From the NCBI RefSeq assembly GCF_902459465.1, contig NC_047079.1, forward strand, positions 10,168,001 through 10,232,000: DNA of 64,000 bases, read 5' to 3'. Below, one piece after another: positions 1 to 13,554 of the stretch (position 1 is its first letter; every line of letters starts with the position of its first letter). The position numbers and the translations under genes are program-made. Source of the stretch: Asterias rubens (lineage: Eukaryota). The notes below the pieces were generated by a model that was not told where the DNA came from, did no database searches, and worked only from the letters and a program-made list of their open reading frames with translations.

Positions 1-540
1 TGCGCACTACTGTGAAATAGGGCCGTCTAAAAGTCTCCCATTGGCTAGGATGAAAAACATGATTGTGTAATTTCAGTCTGAAAGCTGACTGATTATGAAG
101 TTCATACTGGAACAATTTTTTTCTGAGGATTTTGTCCACAAAGAATGATGGCAGGGTTTTGTCCTTCCCCCTCCTAACCAAATTACTGACCCCTGTTGAT
201 TGACACCCCTTCTAGGGTGTGTGGTATGGTCCCGCTTAGGATATCATGGCATATGAGCCGACCAGTGGGTTGGACGTGGTTAACCCTTTCTTTAGTGCAC
301 AGATTAATTTTGTAAAAAGCAACAACAAAAACATGTTCAACCTTGTTTTTCTTTAAAATGTTTCAATAGCACCCCCTGTTGAACATCACACCAAACGAAA
401 GCTCAACAATTGCTCTAAACAACCGAATGAGAGCGATATTTATGGGGGGTTGTAGTTTTTAAGTTATGACTGGTTATAAAAATCAAATTTGACGTGTTCT
501 TCGAGGTCACTAGCGACCGCCTTGTGCACCAAAGGGTTAG

Positions 541-544
<4 letters not shown>

Positions 545-573
<29 letters not shown>

Positions 574-790
574 AGTTGACCGAGGTTCGCCCATCCCTGT
601 CTATCTCGCATTAGGTTGGGAAGATTAGCTGGAAGCACCCCGATGTGCCGAGCAACTACATCTGTATAGCTGAGCTTCTGTCTTCCCCTGTTTCTCCTTC
701 CATGTTTTGGTGACCAGTTGATAAGCTGAGAGACAGGTTCCGGGTTAGACAATGGAAATATTAAAATATGGCAGCTTGTCCTAACAAGCG
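545..790 (-). mobile_element. 3' end of an RTE-like non-LTR retrotransposon with (GA)n tail
   Basis: Minus frame LINWSPKHGRRNRGRQKLSYTDVVARHIGV..LPNLMRDRQGW resembles the RTE ORF2 C-terminal W.P..GKR.RGRP...DR..W motif; (TC)n at 545-573. Confidence 0.65.
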
Positions 791-821
791 CCTCACTGAA
801 GGTTGTGAAACAAGGAAATAC

Positions 822-990
822 CTGTGTATTCCGGTGGGCACGTGCATAAGTACTCATCGTCCAACGTGGTACACGTGGCTCCATTCTTGCACTGGTTACG
901 AGAGCAGAGTTGTTCCTCGATGCATTGCTCTACGTTAATATTCTCCTTAGCGTCACTAATCAGGCCAATACCAGCTCCGTCAATCTCAAT
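822..990 (-). CDS. HSPG2: Exon 62: LamG2 end + EGF
   Basis: IEIDGAGIGLISDAKENINVEQCIEEQLCSRNQCKNGATCTTLDDEYLCTCPPEYT; gene continues beyond position 1. Confidence 0.93.
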
Positions 991-1398
991 CTGAAAAAAA
1001 TCACAAAAAGATTAAATCATGAAATCAGTTATCCAGAGTATAAAGTTAGTGGCAAATTGGTGGGAGTGGTCATAAACAAATATATATCAAGTAATAAATC
1101 AAAGGGAAACTAAATTTTTAATAATGTTGGGTTGGACAAAGAAACATTGAAACAGGATTTGAACCTTCGATCTCTGGATTCTGAAGTCTCGAAATCAAAT
1201 TTGTGGAAAATTACTTCTTTCTCAAAAACTACGTTACTTCAGAGGGAGCCGTTTCTCGCAATGATGTATTCTATCAACAGCTCTCCATTACTCATTTCCA
1301 AGTAAGGTTTTAGGCTAATTATTATTTTTGAGTAATTACCAACAGTGTCCAGTGTCCGGGCAAGTACGCCAAAGATAGTACTAAGGGTCAACTCTTAC

Positions 1399-1643
1399 CT
1401 CTGCAATACAGCCCTTGAAGCCCTTTTCTACTCCGAGGTCGGCAGGCACCTCGTACATGGGATCGAGCCCTCCAAGGTACATCAACATCTTAAGGTTCAA
1501 GCCGCGGCTCGATCCGGGAGACCGACCCTTCACCGCCTCTCCAGAATCGATCACGAGGGAGCCCTCTCTGGAGTTACGCTCAGCAACGAGAGAGTACCAT
1601 TGGCCGGCCGTCAGGTTCTTAGTGCTCTCGATGATTGCAGGTC
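1399..1643 (-). CDS. HSPG2: Exon 61: LamG2 C-half
   Basis: PAIIESTKNLTAGQWYSLVAERNSREGSLVID...LMYLGGLDPMYEVPADLGVEKGFKGCIAE. Confidence 0.94.
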
Positions 1644-2087
1644 CTGGTGGAGAATTGAAAAAATAACTTTAAAATAATTCTGAGATGTACAGCAATTTGG
1701 GGGTAAACAGACATTTTCCTAAGTTTGGAGATCTTACTCCAGTATTTGTGGTACATGACATGCAACCTTGGTTTGCAATATTCCCACACTCCTGATTAAG
1801 GGTGATAAAGTTACATTAACTCTTAAAGAAAATCTACCACCATAATACCTTTGTAGTACTTGTAGCTTGATAACATTTGTTGAATTCTACAGAGTTGGTA
1901 AGTTTAAAAACAGCATTTTTTCATTTTAGTCTGAAAGCTCAAATGTTTATGGTCGATCAAAAAAACCATGAACACTGTCTGCGACTATTTGTCTACCAAT
2001 CGTGTAGTACCTTTACAGAAACATATCCGAACAAACAACCAAACAAACAAACAAACAAGGAGAAGACACAATATTATAAGACTGAAC

Positions 2088-2309
2088 CTGTTCCGCTGTC
2101 ATACTGGAACACCACACGTCCGCTGCGGACCACCAAAGTGATGTAGTCGCCTTTGCCCTTTGCATTCTGTCCGTTAAACATAAGAATGCCGTCTTCCGTC
2201 GTTGTGGGTTTGAACATCATCGCAATCTGAACTTTCCGAAGGGACTCTTGAAGGCCGGGGTAAGCGATGAAGGAGTTACCGGAGAAAGACGGCTCATAAA
2301 CAGATGCAC
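2088..2309 (-). CDS. HSPG2: Exon 60: LamG2 N-half
   Basis: ASVYEPSFSGNSFIAYPGL...DGILMFNGQNAKGKGDYITLVVRSGRVVFQYDSGT. Confidence 0.94.
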
Positions 2310-2960
2310 CTACGAGAGATTTCAATTTTTCAAAGCGTTAAGCGATCATCTGTTTATTAAGAAAGAAATGGTGTTACCAAATAGCCATCACCATGGGGGG
2401 AAAGGTCAAGGGGTCAATGGGATGTGCATAATTAGGATTCACCAAGGGTGGGAATGGGGTTACCATGCAGTGACTTTTATTTTAATTGGCCAATTGATAA
2501 AATGCCAGATGTTTCACCGAATTCTGATCATGAAAATGAACAAATGAATCAATGTGAAATGATTTAGGAAACAACGATGCTTCAACCATGTTTGTTATAA
2601 ATGAATGTTTTTTTTGTTTTGTTAAAACAAACAATCCTGTTTTGGATTGATACTTGCGCCTGATTGGATGACATGTTTTGATTGACAGTAATCAATTGGC
2701 CAATGGGATGCAGTGTTTTGGCCTTGTACAAAGCTAGGCCACTCCCACCTTAAAAACTACATCCTTGCTGTTAATATATTTATCATGCAAAAAAAAACCA
2801 TGCTGTGACGTGCAGAAGTGGTGCATGCCAAAACCGGTTAGATCCCCCAACGTGCATTAAGGTGAAACAACTTAGAAGTTATAAGGGTGCAGCTAAAGTC
2901 CACCGAGTTAGAATAAGTACAGCATTGGTTGTCTTTTATAAGGGGTACTGTTGTCATGAT

Positions 2961-3233
2961 AGGGTGTCATGGCTGAGCGGATTAGAGCACCAAACTCAAG
3001 CTCTTGTGATTCTGTTCAGCAGAGTGTGGGTTCGGCAGTGTCCCCGAGCAAGACACTTAACCATTAGCTTCTCTACACCCAGGGGTAAATGGGTACCTGT
3101 GAGGGCAGAGCGGCTGTGTACTCCCCAGGGAGCTGAGATGGTTTAAGGCTCAGTAACCTGGGGTAATAATGTTGGAAGAGCTTTGAGACGCCCTTCGGGT
3201 GTGAAAAGCGGGATATAAAAACTGGTTATTATT
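2961..3233 (+). mobile_element. tRNA-derived SINE, family 1
   Basis: A-box TGGCTGAGCGG, degenerate B-box, central cttctctacacccaggggtaaatgggtacc, LINE-like tail. Related pieces at ~10900-10985, 11395-11500, 15004-15190, 16840-16925, 22790-23020, 28700-28870, 43395-43500, 51340-51480. Confidence 0.75.
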
Positions 3234-6200
3234 GGGGTATTACTATTATAATAGCCCTGTGGTCGTTCATGGAAGTATAAACTTCAGAGCTTTGTTTGGA
3301 ATAGTTGGACAGCATTTTGACTGGTCCTCAGATATTTTCACTGTCATTTTAGTGGCTGGGGACCACTGTTATGGGAGGACACTGTACTCAATGCTGTACT
3401 TATAACGTTAAATCAACATTTTGTTTAGATATTGAAAACATTAAGAGCCCAAATAAAGAACAATTTTTTAAAAGTTACTTCCAAGATGAAACTCTGGCGT
3501 CAGGAGTACAGAAATTATTCTTGTCATAAACAAATATATAAATGCACTTTAACAACGATTACTTATTTCCCCGAGACACATTACTAGTCCAGACTTCATT
3601 TTATGCACAAATTATTTCCCAATTTCATGGAGCGCAGCTCAAGCAAAATTTTAAAAACCAAAACATTTTCTGCTGAATTAAAAGTTGCGGGAACCAGTCA
3701 CACAGTATAGCAGGGTATTTTGGCTGGTTAACATTTTCCGCTAAGCAAATTGCTTGTGTTTAAGAAGCTGCACTATGAAACTGGGCACATGGTCCAATTT
3801 CATGGAACTGCTTACCACAACATTCTGCGGCTACTGATACCTCTTAACAAAGTCACAAGCTCTAACTAAGCGCAGACTTCCCGTGGTAAGCAGTTCGCAT
3901 GAAATTCGGCAAGGATCTCTCTAAATTTCTCTTGTCCAAATGCAATTAGATTGGCAACAAAATGTTAAAAAAACAAAGGGCAGCGACATGAAATATTTTA
4001 CCGGCTCCACCACCCAAGGCAATTCAACAACTCTTCCATCTATATCACTAACAATATACAAATAGCACTCCGCACTTTAGAACCCAAGTACCCTGATCTC
4101 AAACAAATGAATCAAATTTCACTGACGCCTAAGTGTCCTATGTTTACTCGCGTGTCCTGACTATACTGCAAGTGCGACTTGGTGCGTCGGTGATGCGGTG
4201 ATTGCAGAAGCGTGGAATACCGGGCATTTTGAGCAAAAGTGATGATATAAGTGCGAAATGCTATTGGAATGTAATGTTAAGTACTGAGCAATCGGGCAAT
4301 ACTTGGATGATAGTAACTGAAAAATAACACTATATGCGCAAACTACCAGGCAAGAGGGCGGCGCAAGACACAACCATTGCACTTAAGGCTGTCGAGGTAC
4401 AAGATGCATGCGTCACATGTCACATCTTGACTATATGATTGGTTTAGAGCGCAACACATGATATGTCTTAGTTTTACTAGAAAGCCGCGCGAAAGAACTA
4501 TACCCGTGGTGCAACAAGAGTACTTCATGTATTCCCATAGTAACAGCAGCTTCTTGGTACATTACCTTGATGCTAGGCACAGTACATGTATATCTTTGGG
4601 GTGTTACATGTATGAAATAAATAGTAACTGCTTTTACTCGTGATTTGGTTAAATCTACGACTCCCGTTTTGCCGTTGATCCTCGGCGCTTTCTACTTTCC
4701 CTCGGCGGAACGGGCAGAGGATCACCTTGGGCGTTGTAGTTTTAAATATAGATAGGACTTGAAGCAGTCAATATTTGTTTAGACCTTATGCACATGATGT
4801 CATATCAGTTGGGCGCCCTCACCTAGAGGTAAAAAAACGATCGTTCATATTGGCCAAACCTGTGCGCCGCGCAGACAAATCTGTGCGCCGCGCAGACAAA
4901 TCTGTACGTTTGGATTGTTTCATCATCGTTTTACCTCTAAGATGGCGGCTGGATGACATCAATTCATAAGGTCCATATTCAATATTGCACACACACACAC
5001 ACACACACGCACCCATGCGGACAATTCTATAGCATAACCACTACATACATTCTACTTCTTCAATGCTTGGGAAAAAGCCGAAATAGTTTTGCAGTTTCTT
5101 TGAAAATAAAATTGTTTACTAGAGGAAAAAAACACTAAATCTCTAGTCTATTTAAGCATAAATCATATAGCATGCATTTCTATGAAGGGCTTTTAAAGAA
5201 CTTGTTGGCAAAGTGAGTGACAGGAAATAGTTTCATCAAATGATGACAAATATTTCACAGCAGGTAAAATATCTTAAAATGGTTTTGTTCAACTCCACCA
5301 TCTAATGAAATATTTTGAGGGGCATTTGGTTGACAAATTTATGAAAAATAGGTAAACCATTGTTTTCATTATTATAGAGCTTGGTTGGGATCATTTCTGA
5401 GGAAAAATTGTCCTTTCTTAAGATAGCATGACACACATGCCAACACCATCCACCAAACAATAACAAAATGTTGCTAAATTGCCTTTTTTGTTGTCCTTTT
5501 ACAAGGAAAAACAAGCCATGGCAAATATTTCAGCTGTGCTACTGTTGAAGATAATGTACGGCATAAAATGACTTCTGACAACAACAAAATATTGAAACTT
5601 TGAAAGCTGAAATTTCCCTCCTTGTTTTCTGCGAAGTTTTTCTTTATACAAAAACTCCCTCACTTATACCACCTTTAAAAGATAAGACTACTTGTAACTT
5701 CTTCAATGTTCTCACAATCTTGGCTTTCAACTGAAGCAGTAGACTACATAATTTACACATTTGTGTTGTCATTTTAGCCTTTGAGTAAGTATGTTTTGCA
5801 CTATATACCATGTGTCCTTTTGGTTGGTGCAGTTCTCAATAGCTAATTTTTCTCACGCTTCACACATGCCGTACATCAGCTTTCTGGAAAAATAATCTTG
5901 ATGTGAAAGTGCGTGAAGAAACCCCTCATTTATGATTGGCAGTGAAACATGTGAAAAGTGGCCTGATTTGCAACAATCGTGTTTGATTCTAGAAGACGTG
6001 CTGACTTGCACGATATTTTTCTGCTAGGATGAGCGTCAACTTCTGAAAGGTACATGTACATGTACTACATGTATACAGGATTGAAAACATTTGGCCGCCA
6101 TTTTTTGTGCAGAAAAAAACTACTAAAAATAATGGCCACTCGAATATTCATAATTTAGGACTGAGTTTTAGAAAATTAGTTTTTAGAAAAGACGTTACAG

Positions 6201-8090
6201 ATTTGCCAAAATTAATCAGTGTTAATTTTCATTAGAGACACACTATTAATAGATTATATAAATGTAAAAACAAATCAAACAAAAATGAGAAAACTTGTTT
6301 TTTGTCAGGCATGTGTTTGAACTTAATGATTTGAATTTGATTTCAATGTGATTTTAGTGGCAAATGACTTTTGACGACAACAAAAATGCTTCAATGTAAA
6401 CTTTGGGCAATGCTGATTCAAAAATAATAAGTTGGAATGCACTTGGGAGATGGTATAAAAGTCAAGGGGTGATTTACAATGAAAAACTTTTTAAGGGGTT
6501 GAAAGAGCTGCACACAAGTTAGCATAGTTCTAATCAGCCAAAACCACCCATCCCTATAACTCATTAATGGACTGTTCCGCATCAATGTACAGTTAAGAAG
6601 AAACCCTTGCTAAAAAGGTAGAGCGTTTTGATCAAAACAAAATGTGTTAATCAAAGATCATTTTGTCTTCAAAAGTTTAAGGTATTTTTTTGTACAGATT
6701 TTTAAATTGGAAATTGGAAAACTTTTCAAACTTGTTCTTGATTTCTTTTAATGTTTCTCATCTAGTTAAAGAAATATAAAGTTATCAAACTCTACCCTTC
6801 TTTGAAGTGTTTGATTCTCAACTGTGTCATTACTTCTGGACTATTCCATTTGACTTTTAGGGGATTACTGTTGCGCAGCAAACAAAAATTTGAAAATGTT
6901 TTGGGAATAATTTTATAAAAAAATACCATTGTCTCCCTGAGCTCCGTGCTGACCACTACCCATGTTGATATCGCTGTCATCGTCAACTGGTAAACATAGC
7001 ATGCAAAGTACCAGTTAAATATCAGTGCTGGTTAAATTACATTCAACTGACACGTTGAGGAGAGAATTCACCCCTCCCAAAGAATGGACTCTCCCACAAC
7101 GGTGGTAAGTCTGGGTCAAAGTTGACACAGGCTTTCAACAAGATAATTAATATTTCATGTACATTGTACGAAGTACCGGTTAACCTGGGGAAAATTTTCA
7201 AATTAAGTTAGAAATGTATGAAAAAATTTCATTAAACCTCTTAAAGATCAGTCATTTGTTTATAATTATCTCCATTCACCATGCGTTGAGAAATGCTTGT
7301 ATTGTTTTGTTTTAATTAACTTAATTTTCAGGAGAAAATGTTGAATAAACAAATATAGGATTTGAACTGCCTCTAACCAGAACATTTACATGTATCATAG
7401 AAGAGTAGGGATTAACCCTGGTGTTTCTGGTTCACATAGCAAGCTTTCTGAACATGTTTGTTAATTAAACTTTGTGGATACACTAATAAAACTGTGCTCG
7501 CACAAAATGAAGTTTTGTAAAAAAAAAAAAAAAAAAAAAATGAATGACGATCCATGCAAACAAATAAAAAACAGTCATCAACAATTTCACTGAATGAATT
7601 ATCCCCATTTGGGCAAATATGCAAATGAATTATCCCTATTTGGGCAAATATGCAAACGATTGCAGTCCTGTGAACATAAAATAGAGCAAGACAGTTACAT
7701 ATTCATGACTTATGCAAATTTGTGTGGCAAACAATTCTGAATGGTGTAACAACAAATCTTGTAAATCATTCCTGCATGCTATATTAAATAAAAGAATTGC
7801 CCAACAATCAATTCAACTCACACCCAAAAGTGCTCATATCCGAAATGTCTTCTTTTTAACAGCATTTGAGGATCAAAAAATTGCTAAATTATGGAAGGTA
7901 TTAACCTTCAAAGCATTTTTGATTTGAATATTCATTCATATGCAAATGAGGCAAACTTGTCGATTATCATGCCTGAAAGTTTGTGTGTATAACAAACCAT
8001 GATGCAAATTTGAATCAAACAAAGAAATTGAACGAAGTTTAAAGACATTTTCCTGCGTGAATTGAAAACATTTCCTTTAAATTAACTTAA

Positions 8091-8194
8091 AGGGGCTGTC
8101 TCATCATGATCAAAGTCACTCCCCTTGCATCATATCTAGAATGTGCTGTAGATGGGTGAGAGTTTATAACTCCATGTATAGCCACACAACCCCT
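8091..8194. mobile_element. Short TTAA-flanked MITE
   Basis: TTAA|AGGGGCTGT ... ACAACCCCT|TTAA. Confidence 0.55.
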
Positions 8195-8362
8195 TTAAAC
8201 TAAAATAACTTACATGAAAATTACAAATAGGTCAACATATTTGCAAATTTAATACAATTTATGATAGTCGAATTAAGCAAGTATGTCCAGATAATCCAAA
8301 AAAAAATCTGATCTCTATCAAGGATTCATGAAATTGTCGTTTTTTAAATTTTTATTTCTTAC

Positions 8363-8458
8363 CTAAGTCACAGTGGTTCCCGCTTCGTCCTGGTGGACAG
8401 ATGCACCGGTAACCAACAGGTCCAGGGTCCTCCTCACAGTAACCTAAGTTGCACAGAC
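8363..8458 (-). CDS. HSPG2: Exon 59: EGF
   Basis: LCNLGYCEEDPGPVGYRCICPPGRSGNHCDL. Confidence 0.92.
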
Positions 8459-8506
8459 CTGAGTACCAACCAAACAAATGAAAGTCAGTAACAGTCAGGG
8501 CTTTAA

Positions 8507-8858
8507 AGGCAGTGGACACTATTGGTGATTACTCAAAATAATTAACAGCATATAAACCTTTCTTGATTACCAGTAATGGGGAGAGGCTTATAGTATGAAA
8601 GAATGTGAGAAACGGCTCCCTCTGAAGTGGAGTAGTTTTCGAGAAAGAAGTAATTTTCCACGAATTTGATTTCAAGACCTCAAATTTAGAATTTAGTAAA
8701 TTAGATTTGGAGGTCTCGAAATCAAGCATCTGAAAGCACACAATTTCATGTGACAAGGGTGTTTTTTCTTTCATTATTAACTCACAACTTCATGCATATG
8801 TTGAGATACACCAAGTGATAAGACTGCTCTTTGACAATTACCAATAGTGTCCAGTGTC
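8507..8858. mobile_element. TTAA-flanked MITE (Kolobok/T2-like), family A
   Basis: TTAA|AGGCAGTGGACACTATTGG ... CCAATAGTGTCCAGTGTC(T)|TTAA; AG-start TIR plus TTAA target is Kolobok/T2-like. Confidence 0.8.
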
Positions 8859-8890
8859 TTAAATAGTAATAACTTAATAAAAGTATACAC

Positions 8891-9173
8891 ATTTGGTTTT
8901 GGTAATGCCATGTGGGTATCTACTTGCCAGGTAGAGTTTGTTTCTGTCTTGCTTAATTCTACTACTGCGGAGTAGATTGTTCAGGTGTTGGAGAGACTTC
9001 TCAGTTCTGAAAAGAACTGCCCTGCTTTTAACTACTACCCGGTCAGAAGGTATAGAAAATTGGCGTGACTACTGCTTCAGCTTATAGGATCGTAATTGAC
9101 TGCACTGCCGCGGAGTCAGTTCTTGAATTGGTCTCAACGTTTCGTCTAGCTTGCTTTAGTCATCGTCAGCAGA
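8891..9173 (-). mobile_element. ~290-bp repeat family G ending in a minimal hammerhead motif (Penelope-derived / retrozyme-like)
   Basis: Homologous copies at 37072-37372 (+), 42871-43157 (-), partial 14591-14670 and ~49100-49270; one end carries CTGACGA-stem-GAAA-CGTT-GAGAC. Confidence 0.7.
9130..9173 (-). ncRNA. Minimal type I hammerhead ribozyme motif
   Basis: tctg CTGACGA t gactaa agcaag ctagac GAAA cgtt gagacc; core intact, stems I and II partly mismatched. Confidence 0.55.
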
Positions 9174-9257
9174 TTGATAAAAGTAATTGTAGAAAATTGT
9201 AAATTAAAAGATAACTTTCTCAGAACATTTCAAAAACTGAAAGAGAAAATGTTTTAC

Positions 9258-9473
9258 CGTCTCTACAGCGTTCCACATAGTCACACTGCATTCCCGTGAA
9301 GCCAGCTCGGCACTGGCACTGGAAGCCAAACTCTGTACTGGCTTCTTGGCAGAGTCCCTCATTCCTGCAAGGGTTGATGTCGCACGTCGGACAGGCATCG
9401 ATGCCGACCCTTGACCCCAACTCGCTGGCGAGGTAAACCTTCTGGCCGCTGATGATAAACTGACTGATGCATC
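9258..9473 (-). CDS. HSPG2: Exon 58: LamG1 end + EGF
   Basis: CISQFIISGQKVYL...CPTCDINPCRNEGLCQEASTEFGFQCQCRAGFTGMQCDYVERCRD. Confidence 0.94.
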
Positions 9474-9893
9474 CTGGGATTTTAAAAACAATGTGAAAAT
9501 GAAAAAAAAGGCCAAGTGATAACGAAGGGGGGGAACTGCCTCATTAGATATTGAGGAGAACATCACACTTGGATAAAATTTGTTATTTTTGTACCACATG
9601 TTCTTAGCTTAGGCTTAGGTTTCAACTTTGGTTAATGTACACAGGTGTATGTTATTGTTTGTACAACATGTATGTGTTTAGCATGAGCACTTTGATGGGT
9701 TTGTTATTGTTATTATTATGCCCGACCCAAAGCAGTGTGACAAGTGATTGACAATTGGGCCTTCAGTCCTCAATCCTTAACAATCCGACAACTTCATGAA
9801 CAGGATTTTAAAAACTTTTTGCTAAAAAAAAAAGTTTTGGCTTTCTCCAAGAGTATTGTTTATTATCACGAGTGTCGCTGGTCTTTCACTTAC

Positions 9894-10229
9894 CAATAAA
9901 TCCATTCTCAAAATGCACTGCTTTCGGGACCATATCGAAGTCTCTCACACCACCGAGGAACAACTTCTGGATGAGGTCAAGTCCAAGGAACCCTCCGCTA
10001 GAGTTACCGGTCACCTCCGGCTGGTCATCCACCTGCATTGAGCCGAAGCGTTTCCTGCGGTACAGACGGACCGTGTGCCACTGACCTAGCTCCAACGGTT
10101 CCTGACTGGTGAGGGTTGCGGGGCCGGAGCCGAGTTCGTATTGGAACTCTGCGAGGTTATCGCGCATGCCAAAGGCGATGTAGTCTCCCATGTCGCCCTC
10201 CATTGTCTGACCGTTGTAGAGAATCAAAC
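9894..10229 (-). CDS. HSPG2: Exon 57: LamG1
   Basis: LILYNGQTMEGDMGDYIAFGMRDNLAEFQYELGSG...KLFLGGVRDFDMVPKAVHFENGFI. Confidence 0.94.
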
Positions 10230-10296
10230 CTGTTGGTTGAATGGAGAGACAAGGGGCATGGGGAATTACATGTAGTACTAATTGTCTGCTCAGCAG

Positions 10297-10476
10297 GGGT
10301 GGATTTCACAAAGGTAGTCCTAACTTAGGACTAGTCCTAGGCAGTGCTAAGAGATTGGACCAGTCCTAAGTTAGGATGAGTTACTGGAGTTACTGGTCCT
10401 AACTTAGGACTGGTCCTATCTCTTAGCATTGCCTAGGACTAGTCCTAAGTTAGGACTACCTTTGTGAAATCCACCC
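10297..10476. mobile_element. Foldback MITE with CAG target-site duplication (Harbinger-like)
   Basis: CAG|GGGTGGATTTCACAAAGGTAGTCCTAACTTAGG... with ~80-bp near-perfect inverted arms, |CAG; relatives at 28291-28457, ~30870-30992, 51711-51868, ~11740-11880. Confidence 0.8.
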
Positions 10477-11522
10477 CAGAACTGTATAAGGTCCTTAGTG
10501 TGATTTGTTATGGAGTTTGTAAAACTGCTTTTGCATATATTTGAGCTCCTGGTAAACAGAGTTTCTTGAGCAAGAGTGGTCTTCAAAGTATTTGTTTGGC
10601 AAAAGGAAACATTCATTTTGTAGGTTAAACACTCATGCCTAGTAATGAGGAGTACAAACACGCACAAGCAAAAAATCCCTGCTAACCTGTGAAACACGCT
10701 AGAAGTAAAAGCACGGAATTCCCCGCTTTCGTAACTGCTGACTCTTTGCTAAGGTAAGTAGAGCCATGAAACTGAGCAATGGATAGTGTCTGGGGCTTAC
10801 ATTTTAAAGAAAAAAGGAAGTTCTCATTTGTTTTTGACAATCAGCTTCGTTTGTAAAAGAATACCAGACAAATTGAAGGACTGAACAAGATAATAATAAT
10901 AAAAAATAATAATATTAAGTTTTTATATAGCGCTTTTTCAAAGGGAGTCCCAAAGTGCTTCAAAATATTACCCCTGGTCAATGGGTATGTTCAGACAGCG
11001 TACTAAGTTAGACCCGAACCGGTTTAACTTTTACAAGCAGACAGCACTGAGTTAAACCCGATCCGGTTTATCTTTGGCTTTAAGAGGTCAAAGAAAACGG
11101 GACCCGTTACTCTAACATCCTGTTTATTGTCCTGTTCATTGGTCACCGCGTGTTTACGTAATGATTACGGAGGTCAATGGGTCACCTGTTGTGAGTTAAA
11201 CCGGATGGGTTTTTTTTTATTCTGTCCACACACAGTGTTAAAAGATAAACCCGATCTAAAGATAAACCCCCTCCCTGGACGGTTTATCTTTTGTGGGTTG
11301 AACTCAATTCGGACTAACTTTAGATCTGTTCAGACACACTGAGTTGAACTCGATCAAGTTGAACCATGAGTTAAACCAACTTTAGCACCCTATGGGCGTT
11401 AAATCATTTTTAAAACTATCTCAGCTCCCTGGAAAGTATACAGCCTTGTGCAACAAATATGCCCTACTCAATCACAAGAACCGTCTCTGCCTGCTGAGGG
11501 ACACAAAATGACAATGACCAAC

Positions 11523-11636
11523 CTTGAGAGCTCTCTGGTTTGAAGGATATGGTGATGTCAAACTCCTGATAAGAGTTGTGGAGCGGAGGGAAAGAGATGT
11601 AGGACACGGGCATCTGGGTGAAATACGGGATCAACT
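11523..11636 (-). CDS. HSPG2: Exon 56: LamG1 start (domain V)
   Basis: LIPYFTQMPVSYISFPPLHNSYQEFDITISFKPESSQ. Confidence 0.93.
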
Positions 11637-12148
11637 CTGCAAGAAGAATAACACAAAATCAAAAATACTTGTCACACACAATTATAACCAAGTACAATTA
11701 CATGTACTACCAGCCGCAGATTTCAAGACACGCTAGAACTAATCCTATCTTGTTTTAGGACTAGTACATGTACCCCGTCCTAACTTAGGATGGGTTCAAT
11801 GCGTCCTAACGTCTTTGGATACAGTATTTAACTCGTTAAATCCAAAGTTAGGAAGACTTTGGTGAAAACGACCACAGCAATTGCCGTGGTGCCCTGTGCT
11901 TTTGCTGTGGTGCCCTTTGCAAAGTTACAACACAAATTTACATTTTCCTCATAGAACTGCCCCTTACCGGAGGAAAATGGCTGTGCCCCTTCAAGAACAA
12001 AATTCAAGGCATGTTCATTTGATATGGAGGGGCAACGAGTACTACAGGCCTTAAACTGCGTTCTTTAGTAAGGCCTGACATACTTTTTATTTCATTTTGG
12101 TATAACTTTCAAGAAAAGTACTCAGTCTATTGAAAGAAGAAGTCATAC

Positions 12149-12409
12149 CTCCAACTGTGAGTGTAACAGGGAACTCCGAAGTTCCACGTTGATTCGTCGA
12201 GCTACATATGTACACCCCTTCGTCATCCTCGGTCACCGACGGGATCGTCAGTTTACCATTCTCAATACTGTAGCGTAGAGGCAGCTCACCAGACTGCTTG
12301 TACCATGTGGTCTGCGGTGGTGGGAAACCGGTCGCAACGCATGTGAACTCAACCAGGGTACCGACCGGGGCGTTGCGCTCCTCTGGGATGACCAGTATCT
12401 GTGGCTTAG
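12149..12409 (-). CDS. HSPG2: Exon 55: Ig12
   Basis: KPQILVIPEERNAPVGTLVEFTCVATGFPPPQTTW...DEGVYICSSTNQRGTSEFPVTLTVG. Confidence 0.93.
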
Positions 12410-13554
12410 CTAAAATTTACGAAGAATATTTCGTTTACATTTTTAAATTATCTCTGCCACATTGTCTAAACAGTTGCTCTAAGTAAGTCCCAAAACCCTG
12501 TGCAGCAATCTTCCCCATGATGGTGCGGCCATCTTGATTTTTTCCCATTCAACTCAATGTAACCAAACCGAGGCTGGAAGGAAGAATAGTCTGGTTCCTT
12601 TTTGTGCAATTATTATTATCATCCAGTACTGTTATTGGATACAGGGAACATGACCAAAATGGCCACAGCGTGGTAAAGGTCTAACAATACACATGGGTTG
12701 AAAGTGAGGCTTGAGGTAACAAACATAATCTTGCCCCTATGCATCAATGTTAATGATTATGACCACAAAAAAAGGTCGCTGTTGAGATGAAGTTTGCTAA
12801 TACTTAAAGGACAGCTGGGCCCAATCTCACAGAGCAGATTGCTTAACCTTTTTCTGCTAAGCAAAACTAAGCAGGATACCAGTAACTTTGTACACTTTTA
12901 GTAAGCATAATTATGTTGTGCTTAGCAACTTTTTATGCCTAAGCAGCTCTATGAAATTGAGCCCCCGCTATCAGAAAGATGACTAAATTGCAACTTCAAC
13001 TACAAGTGTTTACCACTCTACTACAAAAAAATGTACAATGGGTATATGCAAATCGCTTACCAAATTTGCAAATTACCTAACAGTATAGAATTGCGCAATC
13101 AACTCTGAATTCTCAATCAGTGTTTCCCCTGCCCATTGAAATATCTCATAAGTACGATGAATTCAAACTTAAGTGGTAAATCGTGACTAAGGAAAAAGTC
13201 ATTGTACCAGACATTGTTCAAATCCAACTCAAAAATTGCTTCTTAAAAAAAATTTTGTGGGGGAAGATTTTTGCTTCAACTCACATTTAGGATGTAGATA
13301 GAATTTGTGCGAGTGTTAAATTTTTTCAATTTGTAGACCGTTAAATTTGCTTCTACTATCACTTCAAATTTGAACAATTTTGCTCCGTCCATTAAGCAGG
13401 GAAAACACTGATTTACGCATTGTTAAGCCACCGAAAGTTGTCTAAGAATTCAACTCACTGATTCTAACTAAGCAAGTACCTAAAGGCTTGATATTTTACT
13501 TAATGTCTTTGGGAAGAAGAAGGCAGGATCAGAGTTGGATTATGAGAAAGGTGT

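Noticed and set aside
537-884. 115-aa minus ORF
   Set aside because: Chimera of exon 62 in the wrong frame, intron and an RTE 3' end; EREREREI is the (GA)n tail.
4841-4910. 20-bp tandem repeat (atctgtgcgccgcgcagaca) and the KQSKRTDLSARRTDLSARR ORF
   Set aside because: Subterminal repeat of a DNA-transposon remnant; the ORF is a repeat artefact.
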